A stretch of DNA of 64,000 bases, taken from NCBI GenBank assembly GCA_013239625.1, contig MU054212.1:9968898-10032897 (forward strand). The letters are read 5' to 3'. Shown piece by piece: positions 52,735 through 64,000 of this stretch. Each line of letters begins with the position of its first letter. Positions within the stretch are counted from its first letter, which is position 1. Made by a program: the position numbers and the translations under genes. A model generated the notes under the pieces. That model did no database searches and had not been told where the DNA came from. It saw only the letters and a program-made list of their open reading frames with translations. This stretch comes from Lama guanicoe. Taxonomy: Eukaryota.

Positions 52735-53097
52735 TGCTATAGAGTAAACTTGTGTCCTCCCGTAATTCACATGTCAAAACCTAATCTCCAATGGGATGGA
52801 ATGTGGAGGCGTGGTCTTTGGGAGGTGATTAGGTAATGAGGGTGGAGCTCTCATGAGTCAGATCGTGCCTTTATAAAAGTGACCCTACAGAGCTCCCTGG
52901 CCCCTTCCACCACGTGAGGACACAGCAAGAAACAGCCATCTGTGAACCAGGAAGCAGGGCCTCGCCAGACACTGAGTCTGCCAGCACCTTGATCTTGTAT
53001 TCCCTAGGCTCCAGAACTGTCAGAAATAAACATTGGTTGTTTGTAAGCCACCCAGACCACGATATTTTTGTTAGAGCAGCCTGAACAGACTAAGACA
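52735..53097 (+). mobile_element. MaLR solo LTR, MLT1A-like
   Basis: Same family as 16518-16878; TG...CA ends; perfect 5-bp TSD GAGCC at 52730-52734 and 53098-53102. Confidence 0.93.
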
Positions 53098-53869
53098 GAG
53101 CCCTTCTCTTCCAAGCAATAGGACGTGGGCCTTATGGAAGCCGGCTTAACAGTTTGTGGCGTGTGCTGGATGGACCAGAAGGAGGAGGTGAAGGAAGTTA
53201 ACCTTTGTGAACGCCATGAGTTTTCTGCTGGCTAGCTCAGAGGGATGTGCACGGATGAGGGGTGGGCCTCACTCCTTCCAGGCAAAGACCTGCTCTTCAT
53301 CCCTCTTTGTAAAAGGGGAAGATGAACGAGTAGCCTTGCTGGTAGGTGATGATGGACTTTCCCGGACCAAGTAGGGAGGAGAGGAAAGGCGGTGGGCGCA
53401 GGAGAGGGTCAGGCTCCAACCCGCCCCCCATCCCGGGGGAAGTGGCACTGCCCTGGGAGGGACAGCGGGCCCTTGCCTCTCAGGCGAGATCTCAGTCCCT
53501 CAGATCCACCTCTGTCCCTCTCTCCTAGCAACCGGAATCGTCTTTTCCCAGAGATTCCGTGGGCTGCTTTATTCGTTAGGAGACAAGGAGGCACTAATAA
53601 ATTCCTCTGTGTGAGGTATTTAATTACATAATAATGTGTACACTAATCAGGGTAAATGTGTTTGTGAAAACACCTTGATATGGGAACAGTTAATCACCCA
53701 AGGCATTGCTTCTTAACACACCTTGGAAGTTAACTTAATTAAATTAATTAGAACAATGAAAAAATTGAACTGTTTATTGGTCCACAATGGCCTGAAGAAA
53801 TGCTCCCCCTCAAATGCAGAAACATCTCCCACACTGCAAACTATTTTCCCCCAAATCCTCAGCCCTTAT

Positions 53870-54114
53870 GGCTACGGCGCACCCCAGGAGCCTGCAGCCG
53901 GCGCAGCCTCCTCCGGAGCGCCTCACCTCGGAGTCATTCCCTCTCGGAGGCAGAAGGGCGGGCAGTCCCCGCGGCTGCACGCCCCGCAGGTGCGCATGCG
54001 CCCAGAGGCGTGCACACGTATGCGCGCGCAGGCACACAGGCGCATGCGTGCGCGCACGGTCTTACGCCTCGCTTCCTGCGCACGGTTCCAGAAGCGCGGG
54101 GAAATCAGGTAAGT
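53870..54114 (+). promoter_or_regulatory. Small CpG island; candidate promoter and first exon ending at a 5' splice site
   Basis: ~31 CpG in ~230 bp (hand count); NRF1-type TGCGCATGCGC at 53991-54001 and GCGCATGCGT at 54040-54049; GC box; CAG|GTAAGT at 54106-54114. Confidence 0.65.
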
Positions 54115-54721
54115 TTTACCCCGATTCCTCCAGTTTTACTTTTTGCAGTCAAGCACTGAGCGGGCCAGTCTGTGCATCCTAAAGCGAGGAAAGAAAGGAA
54201 GAATGTTTTCTGAGGGATTCTTACAATCATTACCGTTGCCATCACCATCATCGTTATCTGTTAATAATGATGCTGTTCGTAATCTGAATTTGCATGGTGG
54301 TTAAAAGAAAAAAAAAGATATTCCCTAATCCCACCTCCCGCTCTACTTGGGCAATGCATAAGGTGACAGAAAACACGTTGCCTCTCCTGCGGTGCCTGTG
54401 GGCTGTGGCGTCCGACCCCGAGGGGAACAAACTTAAAAGTCAGTGCACAGCGTGAAAGCCAGGGGCCGCTGGGGGCGGGAGTCTTTATTTTGAGAGAGGA
54501 GTTCTCAAGATGATGAGGGTCGTGAGACCCCTAGAGATTGTCCCCCAAATCTAGGAACAGGAGGCCTTAACCATCTGTTGAGTTGCATACACCACAGTCA
54601 TCTTTTACCTTAAGGAGCATTAGTTACCAGCGTCCTTGACCTTGACAGTGCCACAGAAGGACAACCGGGACGCCCTCTAGCAGAACCGCCTCCCTAACGG
54701 GCAGTGGCTAAATTTAGGAAA

Positions 54722-54868
54722 CACAGGGACTTCTATTCAATAACTTGTAATAACCTATAATGAAAAAGTATGTGAAAAAGGATATATGTGTATAACTGAA
54801 TCACTGCTGTATGCTAGAGACTAACGCAACATTGTAAATGGACTATACTTAAATTTAAAAAAAGAAAG
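54722..54868 (+). mobile_element. Very short L1 3' end
   Basis: cacagggacttctattcaataacttgtaataacctataatgaaaaag...aacattgtaaatggactatactt plus A-tail. Confidence 0.88.
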
Positions 54869-55289
54869 AACACTTATATAGCCTAAATTTCCTGTTGTGA
54901 GAATAAGAGACTTGATGTATGTGGTCTGGAATTATTTTTTACATGTGTCTTCTCTTTCCCTGTTTCAAAAATTAGAGCAGGAAGAAGAGATCTCCCACAG
55001 AGGGCCGAGGGGCAGGGCCTAGGAGTTTGTATCGTCTGAGATTTTCCACTGTGCTCATCATAAACTCATTGATGGAGCTTTCATGATTTTATTTGATTTG
55101 TTAAGATAGAGGCTTCAGATTCTGCGCAAGTGTCTATAGAAGCAAATCTCCAACTAGCTCGGATACCACAGTATCCCAGTGCTGCTCTGTGCCATCTCCA
55201 AGATGGGACTGGTCCTGGCTCAGCCTGCAAATGGAAAAGTGCTCATCCTTTTTCTCTCTGAGCATTTCTTGGCTCAGTGGGACCTTGTG

Positions 55290-55715
55290 TCAGTCAGGTA
55301 GGGTTCTTGCTGGAGACAGGGATGGGGAAGCACCCAGATGGGGTGGGGTGGTTTGGCAGCATTAAGGAAAATGAACAAAAGGTGTTAAAGTTCCTCAGAG
55401 CTGTCAGGAGCAGGGACGTTACCAGCATTTAGCAGCTGAGACCTGATGGAGTGAAGTCGTTGCTAGATCCAGAGAGACATGTAGTTGTAGTAACAGAAAC
55501 AGAGGTCTGGTGGGGAAGCGCAGCCACTGCCCGCGTGCAGACTGCAGGGAGGGAGCTGATGGAATGTATCTCATCTGCTCTCTCCTCCCACCCCCTCATC
55601 TCCTGCCCGGGGCTCAGGAAACCCGAGTGCTGGAGAGTCTGGGTGATTCGGTCCATGGAGGTCAGCCTGGGGCTGAGAGTGAGTGAAGGTAGAGGGTGGA
55701 GCTCAGACCAGCTGG
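55290..55715. mobile_element. Ancient ERVL-type LTR remnant (LTR33/LTR67-like)
   Basis: tgtgtcagtcagg...ctgggtgattcggtccatggaggtcagcct...agagggtggag. Confidence 0.45.
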
Positions 55716-56770
55716 AGTGAAAGAAAAATATTCTATAAAAGGGAAGTCAATAAAAAACATGAATTTTATTAATTATTATGTATATATTTATATCCTATTA
55801 TAAATTATATATAATATTTATTATTTTATGATATATGACTCCTTCTACATTAGGATCAGAAAGTTTCTGTCCTATACTTTTATTTAAACTCTCCATATAT
55901 TGAAACAGATACTCGTGTTTAAGCTACTTCCAGGCCATAACTTCAGTTTTCATGACTTCTTTCCAGATAAGTCTCTGTGTGTGTTGGGAGTGGGGGGAAG
56001 AGGGGTGTGCATTAGGGAGGAACTTGCAGGTAGAGATTTGTAGTGAACCACTAAGAAGGCTGGCCCCAGACCCCAGCCCCCAGAAGACACAGAAGAAAGG
56101 GAGAAGAAACTCACTGTATAGGAGAGAATGCTGAGCAGCAAGGGGCTGGGCTGAGAAGCATTTTGCTCTCCTCGGATCCCCAGGTTTTCAAGTTCCTGCA
56201 GTTAGATCAGGACTGCAGAGTGTAGTCAGACCTCCACCTACCACACCCACCAACCATAACCTGTCATTCATTAATAAGGTAATTAATCCAAGTAACCTCC
56301 ACCAAATTTCTAATCTAGGTGAGGTATGTATTAGGGACACTGTGCATCTTACAGTCTAGTAAGGAATTTAGGTTGGGTAAGTAAATGCCCTCAGTGTAAG
56401 GCAACATACGATGCACACCTTGAAAGGCATGAAAGCAGCATGCTACCAGAGTTCAGAGGAAGTAGCAGACACTCCTAACCCGGATAGTGGGGAAATCTCC
56501 ATGGAAAAAGCAGTATTTGAGAGCGGAGGTTGTCAAAGGAATTTGCTCAGCGCGCCCCTCCGTTGCCACGCTCACTTCAACTTGCTTGCCTTTGTTCATT
56601 CTGCCTGGGAAGCCAGCTCTGTGTCTTCCTTTTTAGTTTTCAGGGCCTATAAAGTCGTATCTGTTCCAGGGAGCTTTTCCCTACTGTTCCAAGCCACACT
56701 GACCTTCTGAGGTTTGTGGCACCTTCCCCTAGGCTGAGCTTCACCCTTTACTGTGCTGACCTCTTCATGG

Positions 56771-57299
56771 TGAGACAGGAAGGAGGAGGACAGGGCACAT
56801 CCATTAAAAGGATGACACAGCTGTTGAGAAAAACAGGGTAGACAAAAACTGGTCAGAACTCATTAGGCCCAAGATGATGGAAGACTCGACTTCTAGTAGA
56901 CTTTGATCCTCACTTGAGGATGTATTAGCGTGCTAAATGACACAGGTGCCCCAGGTCAGGCTGACCATAAAGGGCTAAAAACAGTGGTGGTCCAATTCCT
57001 GGAAAGCCTCACCCATTCCCCCAAATCATTGGAATAATCCTCCCACTTGTGAGCCTATCAAATTACCACCCATAACAACTAACAACCCCCACGCCCTGGG
57101 CCCTCTCACCTTGTGAGATGGCCAGCACTCTGTCCATGGAGAGTGAGTCTCCTTGAATAAATCTGCTTTCATTCTACTTCAGCTCCATCCTGAATTCTTT
57201 CCTACAGAAGCCAAGGGCCCTCACTTGGTGGCCTGTCCCAGAGACTCGTCTGAGACCTGGGATGGCCCCAGTCTCTTGCTCCCTGCGTCTCCCGTAGCA
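56771..57299 (+). mobile_element. ERV1 solo LTR, MER41-like
   Basis: ccaagatgatg...gtattagcgtgctaaatgacac...ccataaagggctaaaaa...ttcctggaaa...gaataatcctcccacttgt follows the MER41 layout; AATAAA at ~57156; TG...CA ends; 4-bp TSD atgg/gtgg. Confidence 0.8.
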
Positions 57300-59573
57300 G
57301 TGGGGTGAGAGCTGTTTTCGCTAACCACGATGTGAGCACACGCACCATGCTTTTTTCTTAAGTCACTTCCCTGTTGCCCATCTGTGTTGTGGAAGAGAGC
57401 GTTTTCCTAACGGGGTCTGGGAGGGGGCAGATAGTTCAGGCTGCTTTTTTTTTTTTTTAATCCCAGCGATCTGCCCCGGCTCTTGGAGAAGCACCCCCGC
57501 AGGAAAGCTGGATCTTCTGACCATGAAACAGGTGGTTCTGGATAAACTCAGCCCAGTTGCAGGGACTCCCCACCCACAGAGCTGATGATCTGAGTTTCTG
57601 AGCCATTTATCCATCTCTAAGTGAACGTTTTCTCAAAGATGATTATGGAGGAAAGATGCGAACGTAAGCGGAAAAGGTCCTTGGTGCCTCATCAGCTCAA
57701 TCCTCCTGTAATTACAGCCCCATCAGATGGGAAGGACAAACGTGTTCCCAGAACGTGATTCCTCAGCACGCCTCGTTCATCACCTGACGTTCCGGCCCAG
57801 ACTCCAGCCAGCCTCCTGCAGCCCCTCCTTCCCTTCCGGGATCTAGTTCTGGTCCCTTCCTGCTTTCTCCAGGACCTGATGACCCCAGCCCCTCCTTACA
57901 GACAAGGTAGGAGCTTTAGGGCAGCTCGGTGTTGTCACTGTCCTTTTCTTCAAGAATTCTCGCTAGCTCTCCAAAGCATTATGCCCCTCAAGGAGTGCAA
58001 AAGGCGGAAGGCCAAAAAAAAAAGAGAAAGAAGAGAAAAAGAGCTTTCATTTCTTCCGCACAGTTGGATGCTTTCCCCTAAAGTTCATACATAGAACTCA
58101 GAACAGCATGTGGTGCAGGCAGATAACATGCCCAGAGGGAGCTGCAGGTCAGCACCGGGAGGGGCTGACTCCTGTGACCTGAGATGGTTTATCTGGCGGT
58201 CACTCACCTCACAGGCCTCACACAATTAAAGAAATTGTGGGATAACCCGGATGTGTCTATGAGGCCATGGCTCCAGCTGGGCCAAAGCCAATCTAAAAGT
58301 CCGTGTGGAATTTTCCATCTCTTTAGCTGGATTGGGTCCATGTCTGTTCATTTTTTCATGTTTCAGTTCAGTTCAGTTCATCCCATTTGATCCCGTTTGA
58401 TTCAAATGTATATTGAGGTCTGACCTTAAGGATTTTTCCTGCTGTTTCACTGTTGCCAAGAAGAATGGCGGCAGGGAAGTCTCTCCACTGCATGATGGTT
58501 CTTCCTTTTTATTCCGGGCAGAGCTTGAGTCTTGGCTCACTGCTTTTCCTCCTTAGCTAGAGAAGTGGCTGGACCAACACAGGGGATCAGAATCCTTTTT
58601 GTTGACCTCTGTCTTTTAAGCCTATACCTACGATTGGCCCAGAATTCATTCATCAATTCCCAGGATCCATTAATTGATGGCTCAGACTTGGTGGATCCAG
58701 TCAGCTCACGTCTTGTAGCGGCAGTCACTGTGCTCAGTGCTACAGGGATTGATGATGAATGTGAAAAGGTTTTAGGAGATCGAGCTAGGACAAATCCATG
58801 AATTTCTTGTCTTGTAATCACTGTTCCCCTCTGCATCTCAAGGGTCTTGCCAGGCAGCCCCAACCTCTTTGGCAATGCCAGCCCTCCTGGTTTTTACCTT
58901 TCTTACGCCTACTTGAAGTTGCATGTCCTGCTCAGGGGTGTGGGATTTGTCCCCGACTGGAGGAGCAGGTGGTAGCTCGCCCTCCCCCTAACTGAGGATG
59001 TGGTCTTTTCTGTCTTTAAATTTTAGTTGATTGACAGCCAGATGGAGCATCTTTTTCCTCTCTGAGTTGGCTTCTTATGCTGTCTTCTTCTTTGTGGGCC
59101 CCTGATTCTTTTCTAGATGGCATGGAAGTCCAGGAAAGCAGTGAGGCCCTGGGGTTACATTTATTCTTGACTGAGTGTGTCTTAATACACCAGGTGCCAT
59201 GCCAGAGGAGGGTCTGAGGATAAACAGGACCCCGAGTCTGCCTCCAAGAAGCACATGGTTTTTCCTGTATCATAAGCTATCATCATTTAGAGGAAAGGAA
59301 AGAGTAGGTCTTTATAATTAAATTTTTTTTTCTTGTGGGTGAAAACTCCCAGAGCACGTGGGGGAAGTTCTAAGGGGCTGTGGAAGAACTTGTATGGATT
59401 ATAACCGTCTGAAGACAGCTTGGGCTTCTTTTACTGAAAGAACGTGTTCACAGCCATGGATTGCTGAGGTCTGATGCTGGCTCGGAAAGACAGAGAATCA
59501 GCGCTAGAGTGCTAGGGGACAGGTTGGAATTCTGGAGTTTTAAGTCCTTCTCAGCCTTCTGAGTTTGCCATTC

Positions 59574-60178
59574 TGTGGCTGATGACTGAGTTCTTGTCCC
59601 GTTGTAGAAAGAATTCAGAGACAGGAAGCAGAGGTTCAGAAAGTAAAGTGGGGATGTATTAAGCGATGGATAGTATACCCTTAAGGGGAGAGCGGGCAGG
59701 CTCAGGTGAGCGGCTGCCCTGAATTTCTTTGGCAAGTTGGTTACATAGGGTGTAAAATGAATGGGTGGAATATTCATTGGGGAGGGAAGACTTTGGGGTC
59801 CTAATCCCTGATTTTCATCCCAGGTCCACCTTTCCGAAGGGAGGAGGGATTTTTGTCCTTATGTAGTCTGGATTGGAAGTGTCATGGCATCAGTGCAGGA
59901 TGGGTACTTCTGATCTGCAAGGCTAATTTTATAGAAATGAGGGCATAATGAGCAAAAGGTTACATTCAGACACTGGAGATACCTGCCTTTTCCTGCCTTT
60001 CTTTGTCGGCCTCCAGGCTACTTGTCACCCCAGAATGTGTGATCTCTTATCAGCCCGGAGGTTCCTGCTTTTCTTTCTCTGCCCAGGGACCCCTGCTGTT
60101 TACATGATGGAGGGTTTCCTGCATTTGGCCCATGTCCCCCTTTCTCTGCTCATATCTGGCTATCTGCCTGCTCTCACA
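59574..60178 (-). mobile_element. ERV1-class solo LTR, probably lineage-specific
   Basis: TG...CA ends; 4-bp TSD attc/actc; ~605 bp; gagttcttgtccc...aaagaattcagagac near the left end resembles the antisense U5 of ERV1 LTRs. Confidence 0.75.
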
Positions 60179-62424
60179 ACTCTAGGCATCCTTAAGTGTG
60201 CCTCTTAACTTCTGTAGTTGTGCCCAATGGCGAAGTGAGCGTACAATAATAGTTAAAAATTGTTAGGGACTGATAATATGTGTTCAATAAAATTTCGGTT
60301 GAATGAATGGATTCTTATTCTGTACAAAAGAAAATTGAAAAATAAGTAATTTTCCAGTAAAATCACATAATTGGTTCCAGAACCCAGAATTAATGACTTT
60401 GGAGTTATCTATGTTTATTGAAAGAGCCAGAATATTCCTCTTCCGTGGGTGTTGTTTACCGAGAGGATTTGTACGTACTGAGGCACTACTGTGTGATTTT
60501 TATACGGATGGGTGTTTGCGATGGTGGCGCTATGAAACTGACTAATCGCGAAGCAGGGCTACTGTATACTGTGCATGGTAGTGTTTGCTTCTCAGCTCGG
60601 GGAGGTGTACTGAGTCCTGACGCCCCGCCAGCTGTCTGTGTTTTATAAGGAAACAAACAATCACATTGGGAGAAATAAGAATGAGAAGGTGGGGACTCAC
60701 TCAGGGTATCTGTACCTTGGCCTGAAGCCTAAAGCCAGAACCATACCCAACAATGTCTCTTTTGAATGTGCTGAAGATTCAGGAAATTGCTCTTTTGTTG
60801 GCCCCTGATGAGTTTAGCTTGGCCCTTGGCAAAATTCGTAATGCCCACCCCCTCCCGGCCTCCCCTTTCAGCCCTCTTCAGCCCCAGATTAAATGCTGGG
60901 ACCTCATGGGGCTGTCTCTGATTGCCCGTGGCACGTGATTGTTCCTCCTCAGCCCCCGGAGCACTGGCTGGCATCTTTCTTTGGTCTCACACAAATCCCC
61001 GCCTGTGGGGGCCAGTCCTCCTCTGGGAGCTTTCTGGCCTGAGGGCTAATGAGCATTACCTCCTCCCTGGGCCACTGGGTAACTAAAGAGATGGTATTAC
61101 CTCTCCCCTGTATTTGCCTTCAAATGAGAATTCTCTGGGCAACCAAGGAACCTTGAAGACCTATCGAAATAAAGTTCTTCAGACAGAAAGCCCAGGAAGG
61201 GATTTTTTTTTTTCCTTCAATTGAGAGTTTCGACTTTAATATATAGCTTTAAAATGATTCCTTCTCCCTGCTCCCAGACCAAAAAGCCTAGATGGCTACT
61301 TTGCTTATTCCTAGCCCTCTGATTCGTAAACCTCTTGGGTGACACCTCTTGGGTGGATGGATGGAGGTCAGGGAAGGTGTGTCTGGTGCTGAAAGATGGA
61401 TCAGATTGACAAAACCTTGGAGGATAAGATGGAAGACAGATATTCCAGGCAAGGGAATCCGCAGAGGCAAGTCCTGAGACGACTCTTTATTTATTAAAGG
61501 AATAAAAGAATTAATGCCTAGAAAGACTCTGCCCCCACATAAGGCAGTCCGTAAAGTGACCCGCACGGGTTCCTCTGATGATTTTCAAGGTCCAGCGAGG
61601 AAGCATCTTCTGAAACTCTCTCCCTTGGCTTTGCTCACCCACCTCCTGCTCTGCCAGAATTCACATAGAACTTCTGGCACTCACGGCACAACGTTTTCTT
61701 TTAAAAAGTTAACTATTATAAATAGGTATCATTTTTATGTGTTAAATAAACTTGCAAGATGGATGTTACCACTTCCGGTTTACAGATCAAAACAACTGAG
61801 GCTCAGAGTGACTGAGTAACTGCATCAAAGTCAAACAGCCGTAGTGTTGCAGTGGGAATTGGAACCCCCGACCTGTTACACGTGCACCAAGCAAGTGCTA
61901 TCTGCCTGTGAGCTGAAGCATGTGACCTGGTAGGGTCAAGGGGGCGACTGGAGCAGTGGCTCAGTTTGTTTTAGGCTAAATACCTATGTGGTCAGTGGAA
62001 AGGTTAGACTGTTTTCAAGAGAACCAGCAAGTATCACTTCTTTCTTCTCCAGGTAATGAGTTCCAGTGCCAGGGAAGGGACTTTACTCCCCATCCACCTT
62101 TTTAGTGTACCTTACAAGTCTCGTCACTCCTCCCCTACCTCCAGTCACAGAAGAGTGTCCAACACAGTAAAGCTTGACTTTGTGCTGAAGTATAAGACCG
62201 AGGCATAGATTCACATTAGCTCTCTTTGAGGCCTAGCGTGGAGTTGCCTGCATAGAGGGCCAATTAAAATGTAATGAATGGATGGGTGGATGAGCAAATG
62301 AGTACACTGAGGTCTCAGCAGCACAAGTGATCTTGTATGAACGCAGCTTCTTTGGATCTATAGACAACTGCTCCACACCGAAAAATGCATCTAGCATAAT
62401 CATGATTTTCAACTCCCAAATCAA

Positions 62425-62925
62425 AACACCACCTCCAGGAAGACTTCCCTGATCATTCTTAGACTTTCTCTTACCTTTCCAGTCTCATTTCTTACCATTA
62501 TTTGCCTGGAACCTTTCCCTTTTCTACACCCTCCTTCTATTCCCTTTGAACATTTTGCTCCAATGTTACTGAACTACTGCAGGATTTCCTTGAACCTTTT
62601 TAGATGGTCTTCCTTGGGCTGGAACACCCTGCTCTCTTCCATTCTCTCCTTTTCACCAGTTCTTTTTTTCCTTTGAGTCTCAATCTAGAAGCCTTCTCTG
62701 ATCCTCTTGTCCCAGGTCTGAGTTAGATTTTTTTTTTGTCTGAACTCCCAAGAACTAAGGACTTCTTTGCTCTTAATTGCCTGTTTGCTTCATCATTTTC
62801 CCCACTAAACTGTAGGTGCCATCAGAGCAGGGAACTTAATTTATGGTCCCAGTAACTAGGACAATGTCTGGCGCACACTCAGTGCTCAAAATATACCTAT
62901 TGCAGTACTGAATGAATGGATGAAT
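62425..62925 (+). mobile_element. L2 3' end
   Basis: Pyrimidine-rich body ending ccactaaactgtaggtgccatcagagcaggga...acaatgtctggcgcac...gtgctcaaaa...tgaatgaatggatgaat. Confidence 0.75.
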
Positions 62926-64000
62926 ACAGCCAAACCGTGTGTATGTGTGAGAGTGGGTGCCCCTGCGTTTGGCTGACACCTTCTCACAGAGATGTTGCTC
63001 TCAAGACATGAAAAGGGACTGAATGAGAAGACATAAAAGATGCTTATGAGGCTCCTATGTAATTTTAATGGGCCTTTTACGTATCCTGCTTCATTAATAA
63101 AGGAGGAATGGAATACTCCAGCATCTTTTATCTCCCATCTGTATTCAAATACAACAGAATTTCTCCCCAGTAAAATTTCAGGATAAATTAATGATTTTCA
63201 TTTTCTCAGAAAACCCATTTTTTTCCTGAATGGATAGACTGCTGAGCCAACATATGAATATGATTTCCTTCTTAGTAAAGAAAAGTGGCTGATATGATGC
63301 GTTGCAGAGTGACTGTGGGAGAGCATGAGCTGGAGTGGCCGGCGTAGGCTGGGTGGGCTGGTGAGCAGAGGAGTCTACGTTGGGTGGCTTCTGAGCTAGA
63401 ACTTGAGGGATGAGCAGGAATTTTGTTCCACAGAAGTGCTCAGGTTTCCTCATGGGTAGGAAGAGGTGGAAAAGCATGAACAGAGAAGGACAGATAGGAA
63501 TACTCGTTTGTGGCAAGTGGGGAGCAGCAGCGGCAGGGGGAGGAGGCTGGAGGAGGCTCTCATTGTTGGGATGACATAAGGAGCTGGTTAATGGGTGTCT
63601 TTTATGAATATATAAAACAAGGAAATCCGCCCACGTTGGTCATAGAGGAGATGAGTGCCCACATGCAGAATCAGGCGACATTTCCTCATATGTCTTAGGG
63701 AAAATCAAAAGAAGAAAGGAAACAGATGGCTTGCCTCCCACTGTCTGAGGCCAGACCATTCTGCTTATCTGGGCAGCACTGTTCTTCTGTCTGTGACCCA
63801 GTTTGCTTATTTGTCCTGTAAAGATGCCTTTGTGGATGGATGATGGAAATCACGATGGTGGTGGTAAGGACCATTCCTCACTTTCACAGCTCTTAAAGCA
63901 CTTTCAGAGTTGCTTCACACTCACCATTTCATTTCATGCACTCCAAGATGGTCTTTTGTCTTCAGCACTGTCCAATGTAAAAGGCAAGGCAGTTCTTAGT

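Noticed and set aside
53723..54182. Overlapping 119-129 aa ORFs in all three plus frames
   Set aside because: Stop-poor because of the CpG island and alternating repeats; peptides are low-complexity
1..64000. CRISPR array, operon or other prokaryotic/viral system
   Set aside because: No regularly spaced repeats, no gene-dense region, no internal retroviral gag/pol/env; sequence is CpG-depleted mammalian DNA

Overview
Mammalian, non-coding, repeat-rich genomic DNA, most likely from a camelid (alpaca, llama or camel). The main evidence is four copies of a tRNA-derived SINE resembling camelid Vic-1, plus young cetartiodactyl-type L1 3' ends with intact target-site duplications (TSDs). I recognise no host protein-coding gene, RNA gene or prokaryotic system. 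The ORF track looks like chance ORFs, apart from decayed L1 ORF1 and ORF2 remnants. Much of the window is interspersed repeats: L2, MIR, L3/CR1, old and young L1, MaLR/ERVL/ERV1 solo LTRs, and hAT/TcMar MITEs. Between them lie several repeat-free blocks rich in homeodomain, POU, SOX and TCF motifs, typical of a developmental gene desert or large intron. The most notable signals are: (1) a small CpG island at ~53.9-54.1 kb with NRF1 sites ending in a perfect CAG|GTAAGT donor, a likely promoter and first exon; (2) a MER41-like solo LTR 2.7 kb downstream that retains a STAT/GAS site; (3) a near-consensus CTCF site at 19.1 kb; and (4) an L1 with a probable short 3' transduction. Repeat family names come from recalled consensus features, not a database search, and boundaries of old repeats are approximate. 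I could not support any claim of a new multi-gene biological system.
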